Shown: positions 1-10,071 of the stretch, piece after piece
Layout: the number at the start of each line of letters is the position of its first letter
Numbering within the stretch: the first letter of the stretch is position 1
Assembly: GCA_027623675.1 (NCBI GenBank)
Contig: JAQBVF010000009.1
Location: 42,113 to 106,112 of the forward strand
Source: Chloroflexota bacterium
GTDB taxonomy: Bacteria; Chloroflexota; Dehalococcoidia; Lucifugimonadales; UBA3495
Reading direction: 5' to 3'
Length of the DNA: 64,000 bases
Program-made: the position numbers and the translations under genes
Notes under the pieces: generated by a model
Seen by the model: the letters and a program-made list of their open reading frames with translations, nothing else
Databases searched by the model: none
What the model was told of the DNA's origin: nothing

Positions 1-374
1 GCTTGGGCCACCCCCAAGAACAGTCCGTAGGATATCCAGAGGTGCCAAACTTCGGACACAACCCCGGTCATCGCCGCCCCGACGGCGAAGGTGAAAACGC
101 CAACCATGATGACCTTGCGCGCGCCGTAACGGTCGGTGCAGATGCCACTGAGAGGCGCCAATAGCGCGCCGGTGATACTGGCCAAGGAGTAGGCCAAGGT
201 GACGGTGGCCGGGCTCCAGCCCATATCATCCTGCAACGGTACGATGAGCACGCCGAACGCCTGCCGGATGGACCCGCCAGCCATGTGCATGAAAGCCGCG
301 ATGGCGATGACGATCCAGGCGTAATGGATCCGGCTGGTCAGGCCGAACGCAGCTTTATTTGTGATTCGTAACAT
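1..374 (-). CDS. MFS transporter, N-terminal part (runs off window start)
   Basis: Manual translation from ATG at 374: MLRITNKAAFGLTSRIHYAWIVIAIAAFMHMAGGSIRQAFGVLIVPLQDDMGWS...GICTDRYGARKV (MFS motif A). Confidence 0.85.
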   Translation of the reverse strand, partial: MLRITNKAAFGLTSRIHYAWIVIAIAAFMHMAGGSIRQAFGVLIVPLQDDMGWSPATVTLAYSLASITGALLAPLSGICTDRYGARKVIMVGVFTFAVGAAMTGVVSEVWHLWISYGLFLGVAQ

Positions 375-384
375 AAACAGGGCC

Positions 385-439
385 ATTCTGCGCCTACCGT
401 ATACCCATGTCAATATTGATAAATCGGCATTATCAATAT
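385..439 (-). promoter_or_regulatory. Sigma70-like promoter (TTGACA-17-CAGAAT) with an adjacent inverted repeat ATATTGATAA-N7-TTATCAATAT
   Basis: On the minus strand, -35 at 408-413 and -10 at 385-390; the dyad at 413-439 lies just upstream of the -35. Confidence 0.55.
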
Positions 440-551
440 CAATTCGCCAGCGATTACATCGTTACGCCGGCGATTTTTGTGACATCGGGTATGATTCCCG
501 GCAAGGCAGACCGCGACCTAACGGAAGAACAAGCCTAAGGGCCGGCCACGC

Positions 552-1319
552 CTAGAGCGCGGCTTCGACCCGTTTCTTGAAATCTTCGCCGGCCAGACGA
601 AGCAGGCCCTGGGATGAAACGGTAATGAAGTCGGCCCCCAGGTTGATGAACTCGGCCACTCCAGCGGCGTCGGCCGGCGAGTTGCCTCCGGCCCCCACAT
701 GTTTTCCCGAGCTCTTTATCTTGGGGATGACCTGCCCCATCAACCTTCGGACCTCGGCAGCCCCTGGATTGCCCATGCTCTGTCCCAAGTCACCGGCAGC
801 CACGTGGAGCACGTCCACGCCGGGAACCGCCAGGATGGCATCCAGGTTATCCACCGCTTCCGTTTCCTCGACCATTGGAATCACCAAGACCTGAGAGTTG
901 ATCCACTTGGCGGATTCTTCCCGGCCAACTCCAACCCCGTAGTCGTGGGCGCGCCCGCCTGCCACGCCCCGGCGTCCCTCCGGGTAGTAACGCGCGGCCT
1001 GGGCCACCGACTGGGCGTCTTCGGCGGTGTTGATGTGAGGCACGATGATTCCCTGCACGCCCCGGTCCAAGAAACGCAGTATGGTAGCGTCGGCGTGGTC
1101 CGGGATCCGGGCGATGGGGGTGATGCCGAAAACCTCCGCCGCCCGGACCATGTGCTCCACCTGGTCCAGGTCCATGGGGCCGTGCTCGCAATCGATCATC
1201 ACGAAGTCGTAGCCGATAGCGCCGAATATCTCGACGATGTCTGGGGCGAAGCGGCTGACAATGGCGCCGTAGACCACTTTGCCCTCGGCCAGTTTTGCCT
1301 TGGTTGTGTTGGTTCGCAT
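552..1319 (-). CDS. HpcH/HpaI aldolase family protein
   Basis: Motifs GYDFVMIDCEHG, LDRGVQGIIVPH, IPMVEE and DLGQSMG. Confidence 0.9.
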   Translation of the reverse strand: MRTNTTKAKLAEGKVVYGAIVSRFAPDIVEIFGAIGYDFVMIDCEHGPMDLDQVEHMVRAAEVFGITPIARIPDHADATILRFLDRGVQGIIVPHINTAEDAQSVAQAARYYPEGRRGVAGGRAHDYGVGVGREESAKWINSQVLVIPMVEETEAVDNLDAILAVPGVDVLHVAAGDLGQSMGNPGAAEVRRLMGQVIPKIKSSGKHVGAGGNSPADAAGVAEFINLGADFITVSSQGLLRLAGEDFKKRVEAAL

Positions 1320-1430
1320 GGTGTGTGGAATCCTCTCCGATGATTGAAATGTTATCTCTATAATTTCTGGTATCTATGAGCCCCAGACTCAAACAGTTGA
1401 CAAGATGTCTTCCCGCATGCTATGATAGCG

Positions 1431-1527
1431 GAGCGTTGTCACAAATTGGTGGCGGCGCTCTTTTTTTGCCCTTTTATCTGGCGCTTACATCTGCTCACTC
1501 AAGTCCCTCAACCGAGGGGCTTTTTTG
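1431..1527 (+). ncRNA. Candidate small RNA (two hairpins, each followed by a U-tract)
   Basis: TTGACA(1397-1402)-18-TATGAT(1421-1426) promoter; hairpin GAGCGTTGTCAC/GTGGCGGCGCTC + T7; hairpin AAGTCCCTC/GAGGGGCTT + T-run; G-U pairs form only on the + strand; both flanking genes are on the minus strand. Confidence 0.5.
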
Positions 1528-1539
1528 TTGGCCGGGATC

Positions 1540-2539
1540 CTACTGATCGGTGGCCGATTCGGGGCCGCCGGCGAACCCAGGCATCACGTCCTTGGCGAAG
1601 CGCCGCAATGTGGGGATACTGGCCGGACAGTTCAGCAACACGTACTCCACCCCGATATCGTGGAGGGCCTGGATCTGTCCGCTAACGTGGTCCGCCGACC
1701 CATAGATGGTCCCCGCCTCGGCGCCCTCGCGCGTGTCTTGGAAATTAGCCTGCTGGGCCAGAGCTTGGGTCCGGCGGCGGGCGGCTATGCGCGACTCGAT
1801 GGCCCGGTCGTAATCGGACTGAGATTCGATGATATTCACGGAACGCGCCACCGCCACGCTCATGGGGTCGAAGGTGCGCCCCAGGGACTCTACCTCCGCT
1901 TTGAAAAGGGCGACTTCCTCGGCAATCATCTCGAATGAATCGAATTGGCCCAGCAGCATGTTGAACCCCAGCTTGGCGACCTGCTTGATGGACCTGGGGC
2001 TGCCAGCCCCCATCCGCAGCTGTGGATGGGGGCTGCTGGACGCTGGGCGGCTCGACCACCACGTCGTGGTACCGCCAGTAGGTCCCTTGGTGCGACCACG
2101 GTGCGTCCGACGTCCAGGACTTCAGCAGCACCTCCAGGCACTCCTCGAAGCGAGCGTCCGCCTCATCCATTGACATGCAGAACCCCTCGAATTCGCTGCG
2201 GCGGTACCCCTTGCCGATCCCGGCGTCGACCCGGCCGTTGGACAGCAGGTCCAGTGTGGCGATCTGTTCCGCCAGCAGGACCGGGTTGTGCCAAGGAAGC
2301 ACGATGACCGCCGTGCCCAAACGCAAAGTGGTCGTGCGCGCCCCGATCCAGGTGAGCAGGTTCAATGTCGCCGACACCTGCCCAAAGCCGGTGAAGTGGT
2401 GTTCCACCAGGAACGTGCTGTGATAGCCCAGCGACTCTGCCTCAACGTTGCGCTCGACAAACTCGCGGAATCCCGCGCCGCTATCCACATTTGGCCCGCC
2501 GCGGCCCGCCTGTGCGCTCCCGAACATCCCGAATCGCAT
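1540..2539 (-). pseudogene. Luciferase-like monooxygenase (LLM) split by a 1-nt frameshift at ~2028-2032
   Basis: ORF 1745-2539 (EHHF, RLGTAVIVLPWHNP, GIGKGY) and ORF 1540-2013 join as ...VQQPHPQLRMGAGSP... if one base is removed from the G5 run; total span is 1000 nt. Confidence 0.8.
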
Positions 2540-2587
2540 GGTCTCTCCTGATCTTGGTGTACCGCCTATTGGTCTGAGAGCCGGGCG

Positions 2588-4375
2588 TCAGCCACCGCTG
2601 TGCTGCCGGTAGCGGTTCACTATGGGCAGGCGCCGGTCCTTTCCGAAGGCCCGGTGGGTTATCTTGACTCCCGGTGCGGCTTGGCGGCGCTTGTACTCGT
2701 TGCGGTCGACGGCGGCCATCACCTGGCGGACCACCTGGGGGTCCATCCCCTGGTCCACCATGTCCTGATAGCTGAGGTCATCCTCCACGTAGGCCTGCAC
2801 CACTGGGTCCAAAACCTCGTAGGGCGGCAAGCTGTCCGAGTCCAGTTGGTCGTCGCGCAGTTCGGCGCTGGGCGGCTTGTCGATGATGCTGGCCGGAATC
2901 ACGCCGTCCCGAGTCCCGAAAGCCTGGCCCTGACCATTTCGCCAGCGGCATAGCTCGTAGACCTTGGTCTTAGGCACGTCCTTCAACACGGCAAAGCCGC
3001 CGGCCATGTCGCCATATAACGTGGCGTAACCCATGGCCATCTCCGACTTGTTACCCGTGGTGAGCACGATCCACCCGAATTTGTTGGACACGGTCATCAG
3101 CACGTTGCCCCGCACCCTGGCCTGTACGTTCTCCTCGGCCACGTTTGGGTCTGTCGCCTTAAACCGGTCCTTCAGCATGTCCTCGAAGGCGCGGTGGGCC
3201 GGCTCGATGGGCACCTCCCATAGCTCCATGCCCAGGTTCTTGGCCAGCGTTTCCGAGTCGCCGATGCTCCCCTGGGAGGAATACCGGGACGGCATGGTGA
3301 TTCCGACCACGTTCTCCTTGCCCAAGGCGTCCACGGCGACCACGGCGGTCAGGGCCGAGTCCACCCCGCCCGACAGGCCGACGAGCGCCTTGGAGAAGCC
3401 CGACTTTCGGAGATAGTCGCCGGTGCCCATGACCAAGGCGCGGTAGACCTCTTCGGGGCCGTTGATGGCGTCGGCGATGGTCTTGCCCGGCAGCGGCGTT
3501 TTACTTGCGGTTCCGGGGCCGGAGACGGTCATGGCTTTGGGCGTGCCCACGGCTGCGACAGCCGCGCTCGTAACGCCGGCCGGACCCTGCTTCCGGCTGG
3601 CTGGAGCGTCCTGGAATTCCAGGTCGGTCACGATCAGCGCCTCTTCGAAAGAGGGGCCGCGGGCCAACAGTTCGCCGGCCGAATCATAGATGATGCTGCC
3701 GCCGTCGAAGACCAGTTCATCCTGCCCGCCAACCGTGTTCACGTAAGCGACGGTCAGTCCGTGGTCCACGGCGCGTTGGGCGATCATATCTTCCCGAAAT
3801 GCGCGTTTGCCCGCCTGGAACGGCGAGGCGTTGATGTTGACGATCAGTTCGGCCCCGGCTCGGCACTGGACCGTCGTCGGCCCCACCGGATACCAGATGT
3901 CTTCGCAGATATTCACCCCGATGGACACCCCCTCGACGCGATACACCGGACAGACCGAGCCCCTCTGGAAATAACGCTGTTCGTCGAACACGCCGTAGTT
4001 GGGCAGAAATATCTTGTGGTAGGTGTCCACGACCCGCCCGTCATGGGCCAGGGCGGCGGCGTTGGCGATCGGAATGCCCATGTCTTCGGGCCCGCGGTCA
4101 TGGGAAAGTATGTTCACGTAGCCGATGACCGCCGTGATGCCCTTGGCGGCGGCGGCGATCTTTTCCATGGCGCCCACGTTTTCGGTCAGGAAAGAGGTCT
4201 TGAAGAGCAGGTCTTCGGGAGGGTAACCCGTGGTGGCCATCTCGGGGAAGGCAACCAAGTCGGCCTGGGCCTCGCGGGCGCGTTCCAGGTACTCAAGAAT
4301 CTTGGCGGTGTTGCCGGCGATGTCTCCGACAGTTGGGTTGATCTGCGCCAGCGCCAGGCGTAAGGTCCGTGCCAT
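2588..4375 (-). CDS. nadE: Glutamine-dependent NAD+ synthetase
   Basis: N-terminal nitrilase domain (FPEM, KIFLPNYGVFDE, ICEDIW) plus SGGVDS, ENVQAR, TGNKSE, GYATLYGD, PPSAEL and EYKRRQA. Confidence 0.96.
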   Translation of the reverse strand: MARTLRLALAQINPTVGDIAGNTAKILEYLERAREAQADLVAFPEMATTGYPPEDLLFKTSFLTENVGAMEKIAAAAKGITAVIGYVNILSHDRGPEDMGIPIANAAALAHDGRVVDTYHKIFLPNYGVFDEQRYFQRGSVCPVYRVEGVSIGVNICEDIWYPVGPTTVQCRAGAELIVNINASPFQAGKRAFREDMIAQRAVDHGLTVAYVNTVGGQDELVFDGGSIIYDSAGELLARGPSFEEALIVTDLEFQDAPASRKQGPAGVTSAAVAAVGTPKAMTVSGPGTASKTPLPGKTIADAINGPEEVYRALVMGTGDYLRKSGFSKALVGLSGGVDSALTAVVAVDALGKENVVGITMPSRYSSQGSIGDSETLAKNLGMELWEVPIEPAHRAFEDMLKDRFKATDPNVAEENVQARVRGNVLMTVSNKFGWIVLTTGNKSEMAMGYATLYGDMAGGFAVLKDVPKTKVYELCRWRNGQGQAFGTRDGVIPASIIDKPPSAELRDDQLDSDSLPPYEVLDPVVQAYVEDDLSYQDMVDQGMDPQVVRQVMAAVDRNEYKRRQAAPGVKITHRAFGKDRRLPIVNRYRQHSGG

Positions 4376-4550
4376 CTACATCCTCATTTGGGCTTGAGCC
4401 GAGTATACAGACTTCCAAATCGACATGCCAATCCAACCGGCCTTCGGCCCAGCGGCGGGCCGGTGGTGGACAAGCATTGCCTGCCAAGGCTAACATTCGG
4501 ACACCGAATACGGACGCCGAGCACGGGTACAAACACACAGGAGAAGAACC

Positions 4551-4946
4551 ATGGAATACGCCATCAACCATGTCCACATCAGGGCCGCCGACCCCAGGGC
4601 GTCCGCAGCCTGGTACGAGAAGATATTCAACGCCAAGATCGTTTCGGAGCGCGAGGTAATGCCCGGCACCGTCACCATCGGCATGCAGGTGGGCGGCCCG
4701 ACCCGGCTGAACATCTCCTCACAGCCCCAGGGTTCGTCACCCAAACGTGCCTCCGCCGAACTCAACCAGTTGGGCCTGGAGCATTTTGGATTCCATGTGG
4801 AAGACCTGGCGGCGGAGATGACGCGGCTGGAGGCCGAGGGTATCCGCGTGGTGCTGCCCCTTACCGTCACGCCCCAGGGCATCAAACTCGCCTACATCGA
4901 AGGCCCGGACGACGTCCTGATCGAGCTTGTCCAGGCCGCCGCTTAA
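4551..4946 (+). CDS. VOC/glyoxalase family protein
   Basis: INHVHI, GLEHFGFHVEDL and YIEGPDDVLIEL; GGAG RBS. Confidence 0.9.
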   Translation: MEYAINHVHIRAADPRASAAWYEKIFNAKIVSEREVMPGTVTIGMQVGGPTRLNISSQPQGSSPKRASAELNQLGLEHFGFHVEDLAAEMTRLEAEGIRVVLPLTVTPQGIKLAYIEGPDDVLIELVQAAA

Positions 4947-4994
4947 CAACTAGACCCGCCTAGATATAGATATAGATTAATAAGGTTGGATCCA

Positions 4995-6665
4995 ATGTCC
5001 CAAATGATGACCGGCAAACAGGCGCTGCTGGAGATGCTGAAAGTGGAGGGAGTGAAACACATCTTCGGCAATCCCGGCACCAGCGAAGCTCCCATAATCG
5101 ACATGCTCGGCGACTACCCCGAATTTCAGTACTTCCTCACGCTGCAGGAAAGCGTCGCCATGGGCATGGGCGAGGCCTACGCTAGAGCCACTGAGAAGCC
5201 GTCCTTCGTTAGCTTGCATGTGGACAGCGGGCTGGCCAACGGCATCGCCATCATGCTGGACGCCCTGAACACGGGCACGCCCATGGTGGTGACCTCCGCC
5301 AACTACGACGCCCGCAAGATCAACGAGACCAAGACCGATCTGGCGGAACTGGTCCGCCCGGCCACCAAGTGGTCGGTGGAACTCAACCTGCCGGACCAGA
5401 TCCCCTCGGCCATCCGCCGGGCGTTCATCGAGGCCAACAGCCACCCCAAGGGTCCGGTCTACGTCGGGTTCACCGCCAACGCCCTGGAGGGTGAGGCCGA
5501 GATGAACATCGTGCCGTCCAGCAAGGTACACGACGCCTACCGGCCCGACCTCCAGGCCATCGGGGAAGCGGCGTCGCTGCTGCTGGCGGCCAAGCAGCCC
5601 ATGCTGATCGTCGGCGACCGGGTGTCCGAGGACCACGCCAACGACCAAGCGGTGGAACTGGCCGAGCTGCTGGGCCTGCCGGTCTACCAGTCCCGGGGCG
5701 CCGAGGTTTCCTTCCCGACCACCCATCCCCAGTTCTTCGGCAACCACACCCTGCGGGTCGCCCGGGGCCGTGAGGTGCTGGAGGAGATGGACCTGGTGCT
5801 GGCCGTGGGCATGGACGCCATGGACGAATTGTTCTATTGGGGTGACATCATCCTTGGCCCCAACACCAAGTTGATCCACATCGACCCCATCCCAGGCCGG
5901 GTTGGCCGTTCGGAACCCACCGATGTGGGCATCATTTCCCACTGCAGGCTGGGCCTGGAAGACCTGCTGGCCGCCATCAAGCCCCAGCTCACCCCGGCCC
6001 TGGAGCGGGAGATTGAAGCCCGCAAAGCCGAGGTCACGGCGGAGGCGGCGGCCAAGCGGAAGGCCTTCGATGACTCTGTCGCCGCCAAATGGGACCAGAA
6101 ACCCATGACTCCGGCGCGGATGATGTCGGAGTTGGCCGACGCCATCCCCGACAACGCCATCGTGGTGGACGACTCCATCAGCAACCGGGCGACCATGCGC
6201 CATTACTTCCAGGGCCAGAAACGGGGCGACCTGCGGGCGTTCCGGGGCCAGTCGATCGGCGGCGGCATCGGCACGACCATGGGCACCCAGGTGGCCAACC
6301 CCGGCCGGCCCGTGTTCGGCATCATCGGCGACGGCAGCGCCATGATGACCATCCAAGGCCTGTGGACTGCGGCCAACGACAACATCCCCTGCATCTTCGT
6401 CATCTGCAACAACGGCATGTACCGCGTCTTGAAGGTCAACTTCGACGTGTACCAGCGGGACGTGTTGCATCAGGAGGAATCGGCGGGCGCCAACCTGCCG
6501 TACTCCGACTTCCCCACTCCCTTCGACGTGGCGGCCATCGCATCCAGCATGGGCGTCCACGGCGAACGCATCACCGACCCCGCCGAGATCGCTCCAGCCG
6601 TGCAGCGCGCCGTGGCGTCTGGCAAACCGGCGGTGCTGGACATAGTCATCGACGGGTCCTTCTAG
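4995..6665 (+). CDS. Thiamine pyrophosphate-binding enzyme (benzoylformate decarboxylase/ALS-like)
   Basis: IFGNPGTSE, QESVAMGM and the TPP motif GDGS...CNN; exact start (4986/4995/5004) uncertain. Confidence 0.9.
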   Translation: MSQMMTGKQALLEMLKVEGVKHIFGNPGTSEAPIIDMLGDYPEFQYFLTLQESVAMGMGEAYARATEKPSFVSLHVDSGLANGIAIMLDALNTGTPMVVTSANYDARKINETKTDLAELVRPATKWSVELNLPDQIPSAIRRAFIEANSHPKGPVYVGFTANALEGEAEMNIVPSSKVHDAYRPDLQAIGEAASLLLAAKQPMLIVGDRVSEDHANDQAVELAELLGLPVYQSRGAEVSFPTTHPQFFGNHTLRVARGREVLEEMDLVLAVGMDAMDELFYWGDIILGPNTKLIHIDPIPGRVGRSEPTDVGIISHCRLGLEDLLAAIKPQLTPALEREIEARKAEVTAEAAAKRKAFDDSVAAKWDQKPMTPARMMSELADAIPDNAIVVDDSISNRATMRHYFQGQKRGDLRAFRGQSIGGGIGTTMGTQVANPGRPVFGIIGDGSAMMTIQGLWTAANDNIPCIFVICNNGMYRVLKVNFDVYQRDVLHQEESAGANLPYSDFPTPFDVAAIASSMGVHGERITDPAEIAPAVQRAVASGKPAVLDIVIDGSF

Positions 6666-6741
6666 GCCGGAGCGGTCCGGTGAAAGGGTGTCAGGACAGA
6701 AACAGATGACCTAGGCAGGCGGGGGTAGACAGAGGTAAACG

Positions 6742-7239
6742 ATGGAAGCTGAGTTGGATATCTTTCAGACCGTGGTAGCCAAGGCGGCCGGCATCTCACC
6801 CGGCGGCCCATTGGCAGCGGTTTTCGCCGGCCGCCGCGACATCATGGAGTTGACCGAGCGGTCCCACAACGCCTCGCTCAAGCCCAACAACCCTGGCGGG
6901 CTGAGCCATTCCGAGCGGGCGGCGCTGGCCTGCCGCATCGCCAAGCTGAACAACGAACCAGAACTGGCCCGGCACTACGAAGGCCTGATGGACGGCGAGA
7001 ACCATGGCCTGGCCGATACCGGGTTCGACGGCGGAAGTGACGCCCGGTTGAAAGCCATGCTCCGGCACACCGACTTGGTGACCCTGGATCCCAAGTCCGC
7101 CGTGGCAAGCGACGTATCCGCACTCCGGGCGGTGGGAATGAACGACCCGGATATCGTCCGGCTGTCCCAGTTGATTGCCTTCGTGAGCTACCAGATACGG
7201 GTGGTGGCCGGCCTGCGGCTGATGGAGGAGGTGGCATGA
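6742..7239 (+). CDS. CMD-domain protein (first of a CMD/AhpD pair)
   Basis: HTDLVT..P, DIVRLSQLIAFVSYQIRVVAGLRL; stop overlaps the next start (ATGA). Confidence 0.8.
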   Translation: MEAELDIFQTVVAKAAGISPGGPLAAVFAGRRDIMELTERSHNASLKPNNPGGLSHSERAALACRIAKLNNEPELARHYEGLMDGENHGLADTGFDGGSDARLKAMLRHTDLVTLDPKSAVASDVSALRAVGMNDPDIVRLSQLIAFVSYQIRVVAGLRLMEEVA

Positions 7240-7829
7240 CCGAGCCGCTACGAAGATTCACCACCGTCATCCCCTTCTGGGAGCCCAGGGTTAAGCCGGT
7301 TGTGCTGGAAGAGGCAACCGCGGAACAGTTGGAAGCCATGAAGGTGACCGTCTCGGACACGTCCATCGGCAATTACACCCTGACCCTGGCCCTTGACCCC
7401 GAAACCCTGAAAGAGCGCACCCCTCTCTTCAACGGGATCATGTACGGCCGGGGCGGGCTGTCCCGTCAGGAGACTGAGATGGGGGCGGTGGCGGCCTCGG
7501 TGGTTAACCGCTGCATCTACTGCGCCGCCGTCCACGCCAACCAGTACAACCAGTTGACCAAGGGCGAAGCAGTGATGGACAGCATATTCGCCTCCGAAAA
7601 AGGCGACGGCGCCGGGGAAGCCGATATCGACTCTCGCCAATCGGCGCTGATGAACTTCGCCACCAACCTTTCCCGATCTCCTTCCCAAGCCACCAGAGAA
7701 GACGTGGAGCGCCTGGTAGAGAATGGCATGGGAATGGATGAGGTCTTCGACCTGGTGCTGTCGGCATCCCTGTTCGGCTGGGCCAACCGCCTGATGCACG
7801 TTCTCGGCGACCCCCTGCCCCAAGATTAA
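7236..7829 (+). CDS. Alkylhydroperoxidase (AhpD-like) domain protein
   Basis: GGLSRQETE, NRCIYCAAVH (CxxC), FGWANRLMHVLG. Confidence 0.88.
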   Translation: MTEPLRRFTTVIPFWEPRVKPVVLEEATAEQLEAMKVTVSDTSIGNYTLTLALDPETLKERTPLFNGIMYGRGGLSRQETEMGAVAASVVNRCIYCAAVHANQYNQLTKGEAVMDSIFASEKGDGAGEADIDSRQSALMNFATNLSRSPSQATREDVERLVENGMGMDEVFDLVLSASLFGWANRLMHVLGDPLPQD

Positions 7830-7834
7830 AGCCG

Positions 7835-9208
7835 GTGAACTTCGCCCCGTTCCGCGCCCGGATCGCCAATTGGCTGCCGTTCTATTACGGCTGGGTGATT
7901 CTGTCCACTGTCTCGGTGCCCAGTTTCGGAGCAAGGCCGGTCATGGCCGTGGCCACCCTCTCCGTGTTCGTGGTGCCCATGACCAACGAGTTCGGTTGGT
8001 CGCGGGGGCAATTCTCCGGCGCGGTCAGCCTGGGAGCCCTCTTCGGACTCATCGTCTCGCCCTACGCCGGCAAGCTGGTGGACCGTTACGGCTCCGGGGT
8101 GATGCTCTCGGCTTCGTCGGCAGTGGTTGGGTGCTGCGCCATCGGACTCTCCCTGATCTCGCCGATCTGGTCTTTCTACGCGCTCTACGTCCCCGGACGG
8201 GCGGTGTTCTCCAGTCCCCTTGAGTTGGGCACGTCCACGGCGGTCAGCAACTGGTTCATCCGCCGCAGACCCATGGCGCTGGCCTACATGGGCATCATCC
8301 AGGGTGTGGGTCTCACCATCTTTCCCCTGATCGCCCAGGTGCTGATCAACGGCTGGGGCTGGCGCACGGCCTGGTTGGCGCTGGGGATCTTCACCATCAG
8401 CAGTGGCATCGCCCCGGCTCTGGTGCTCATGGCGCGCCGTCCCGAGGACATGGGACTGGAGGCCGACCCCGATAAGAAAAACTCGAGTTCGGCCATCGAA
8501 ACGCCGGTCTCTCAAGTACAGCCAGCCCAGGATGATTCCATTCCAGCCGGATCTGGCCAAGACCAGGCCAGCCATCGAACCGAATCCGACTACACGGTCA
8601 AGCAGGCTCTGGCGACCAGGGCATTCTGGATATTGGCGCTCTTCTCGGTGTTCGGCTTCGTGGTGCAGGCCGGAGTCAGCCTCCACCAGGTGCCCCACTA
8701 CATCGAACAGGGCGTGCCCACTCATCTGGCTGCATTGACCGCCAGTGTGTTTGCCTTTGGCCAGGTGCCGGGAGGGCTGTTTTGGTCGACGCTGGCCCGG
8801 CGTGTCCCACTGCGGATATTGCTGGCGGCCTCGGGAGGCGCAATGACCGTGGGGGCCATTGGCACGGGTTTCAGCAGCACGTTATCCGCCGGACTGCCCA
8901 TGGGGTTCTTGCTGGGTTTCGGGGTCGGCGGCATCCATCTGCTGCTGCGGCTGACCTGGGCCGACTACTACGGGCGGCTGCACCTGGGGGCCATTCGAGG
9001 GCTGACTCTCCCCGCCCAGATCGGCGGGCAGGCCATGGGACCCATCTTCGCCGGGTTCATGTTCGACGCCACCGGCGGCTATCAGGCGCCCTTCCTCGTG
9101 TTCGGCATCATCGTGGCCATCGGCGGGGTGATGGTGCTCGCGGCCACGCCACCCGGACCGCTCCCCCGGACCAGTGTTTCGGAACAGCCGGCGGTCAAGC
9201 CTGCTTAA
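7835..9208 (+). CDS. MFS transporter
   Basis: FYYGWVI, GKLVDRYGS, WFIRRR, ADYYGRLHLGAIRG; about 12 hydrophobic segments. Confidence 0.9.
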   Translation: MNFAPFRARIANWLPFYYGWVILSTVSVPSFGARPVMAVATLSVFVVPMTNEFGWSRGQFSGAVSLGALFGLIVSPYAGKLVDRYGSGVMLSASSAVVGCCAIGLSLISPIWSFYALYVPGRAVFSSPLELGTSTAVSNWFIRRRPMALAYMGIIQGVGLTIFPLIAQVLINGWGWRTAWLALGIFTISSGIAPALVLMARRPEDMGLEADPDKKNSSSAIETPVSQVQPAQDDSIPAGSGQDQASHRTESDYTVKQALATRAFWILALFSVFGFVVQAGVSLHQVPHYIEQGVPTHLAALTASVFAFGQVPGGLFWSTLARRVPLRILLAASGGAMTVGAIGTGFSSTLSAGLPMGFLLGFGVGGIHLLLRLTWADYYGRLHLGAIRGLTLPAQIGGQAMGPIFAGFMFDATGGYQAPFLVFGIIVAIGGVMVLAATPPGPLPRTSVSEQPAVKPA

Positions 9209-9846
9209 GGCCAGCTAGCCCGGGCCTTACGGCTGATCACGGCGAACATGGGGTCGTCGGGCGGGCTGGTCTTGGCGTTCAGGAAATTGCCCTGGATGTC
9301 CTCGAAGTTCTCCGCCGCCTCCATGTAGGTGCCCACCAGGTCGACCCGGCCCCGGTCGGTGGAGTTCCGCCAGATCAGCACGGCCTTGGTGGCGAACATG
9401 CGGTTGGAAAAACTGACGATGAAGACCCCGCCCGGCCTCAAAATACGGTTGACCTGGGCGAATGTCTCGATGGGCTTGGTCAGGTATTGGGCGGAGACGG
9501 TAATCACCACGGCATCAAATGACTCGTCGTCAAAGGGCAGTATGGGATTATTGTTCACGTTATGAACAACGATGCTGTCCAGGTCCGGATTGTCCATCAT
9601 CTCGACCTGGTTCAGGCCCAAGCCAACCAGGCGTTTCTTGGGGTGGCCGGCGGGCCAATGGGAGCGCCAACTGCTCATCAGGTCCAACACTTCCGAGTTC
9701 TCCGGTATCTCGTCCCGGAAGCACTGGGACACAGCTGCGATGGCCCCCGGGTCGATATGCACCACCAGGCGGGGAGACTGGTAGAAGACGCCGTCATCCT
9801 CCTCGTCCTCGCGCTGGAAAAGTTCGGGTGTCAGTCTATTCTCCAT
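9205..9846 (-). CDS. SAM-dependent methyltransferase (type 11)
   Basis: PRLVVHID, VLDLMSSWRSH, LPFDDESFDAV, RILRPGG, SFSNRMF. Confidence 0.9.
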   Translation of the reverse strand: MENRLTPELFQREDEEDDGVFYQSPRLVVHIDPGAIAAVSQCFRDEIPENSEVLDLMSSWRSHWPAGHPKKRLVGLGLNQVEMMDNPDLDSIVVHNVNNNPILPFDDESFDAVVITVSAQYLTKPIETFAQVNRILRPGGVFIVSFSNRMFATKAVLIWRNSTDRGRVDLVGTYMEAAENFEDIQGNFLNAKTSPPDDPMFAVISRKARASWP

Positions 9847-10071
9847 GATTGAATCTCCGTATCTCTCACGGACCGCATGAAGCGGCCCTTTGGTTGCGGT
9901 TCAAACGTGCCCCCTGGCACCGGCGGATTGTACCACGGCCTTGGCCGGCTCCAGATGGCTGGTGGCGCAGGCGGTCAGGGATTACAATCCCGGCACTCTC
10001 CGTCCAAGTGGAGCGATTGAAGTGGAGCATCGGACCGGAGCACGAATCAGATTAACAAAGAGGTGATTGCC

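Noticed and set aside
4977..6560. Long antisense ORFs (e.g. 4977-6560, 43904-45307, 26190-27365, 42287-43408)
   Set aside because: These are shadow frames of GC-rich genes on the opposite strand, with no recognisable motifs.
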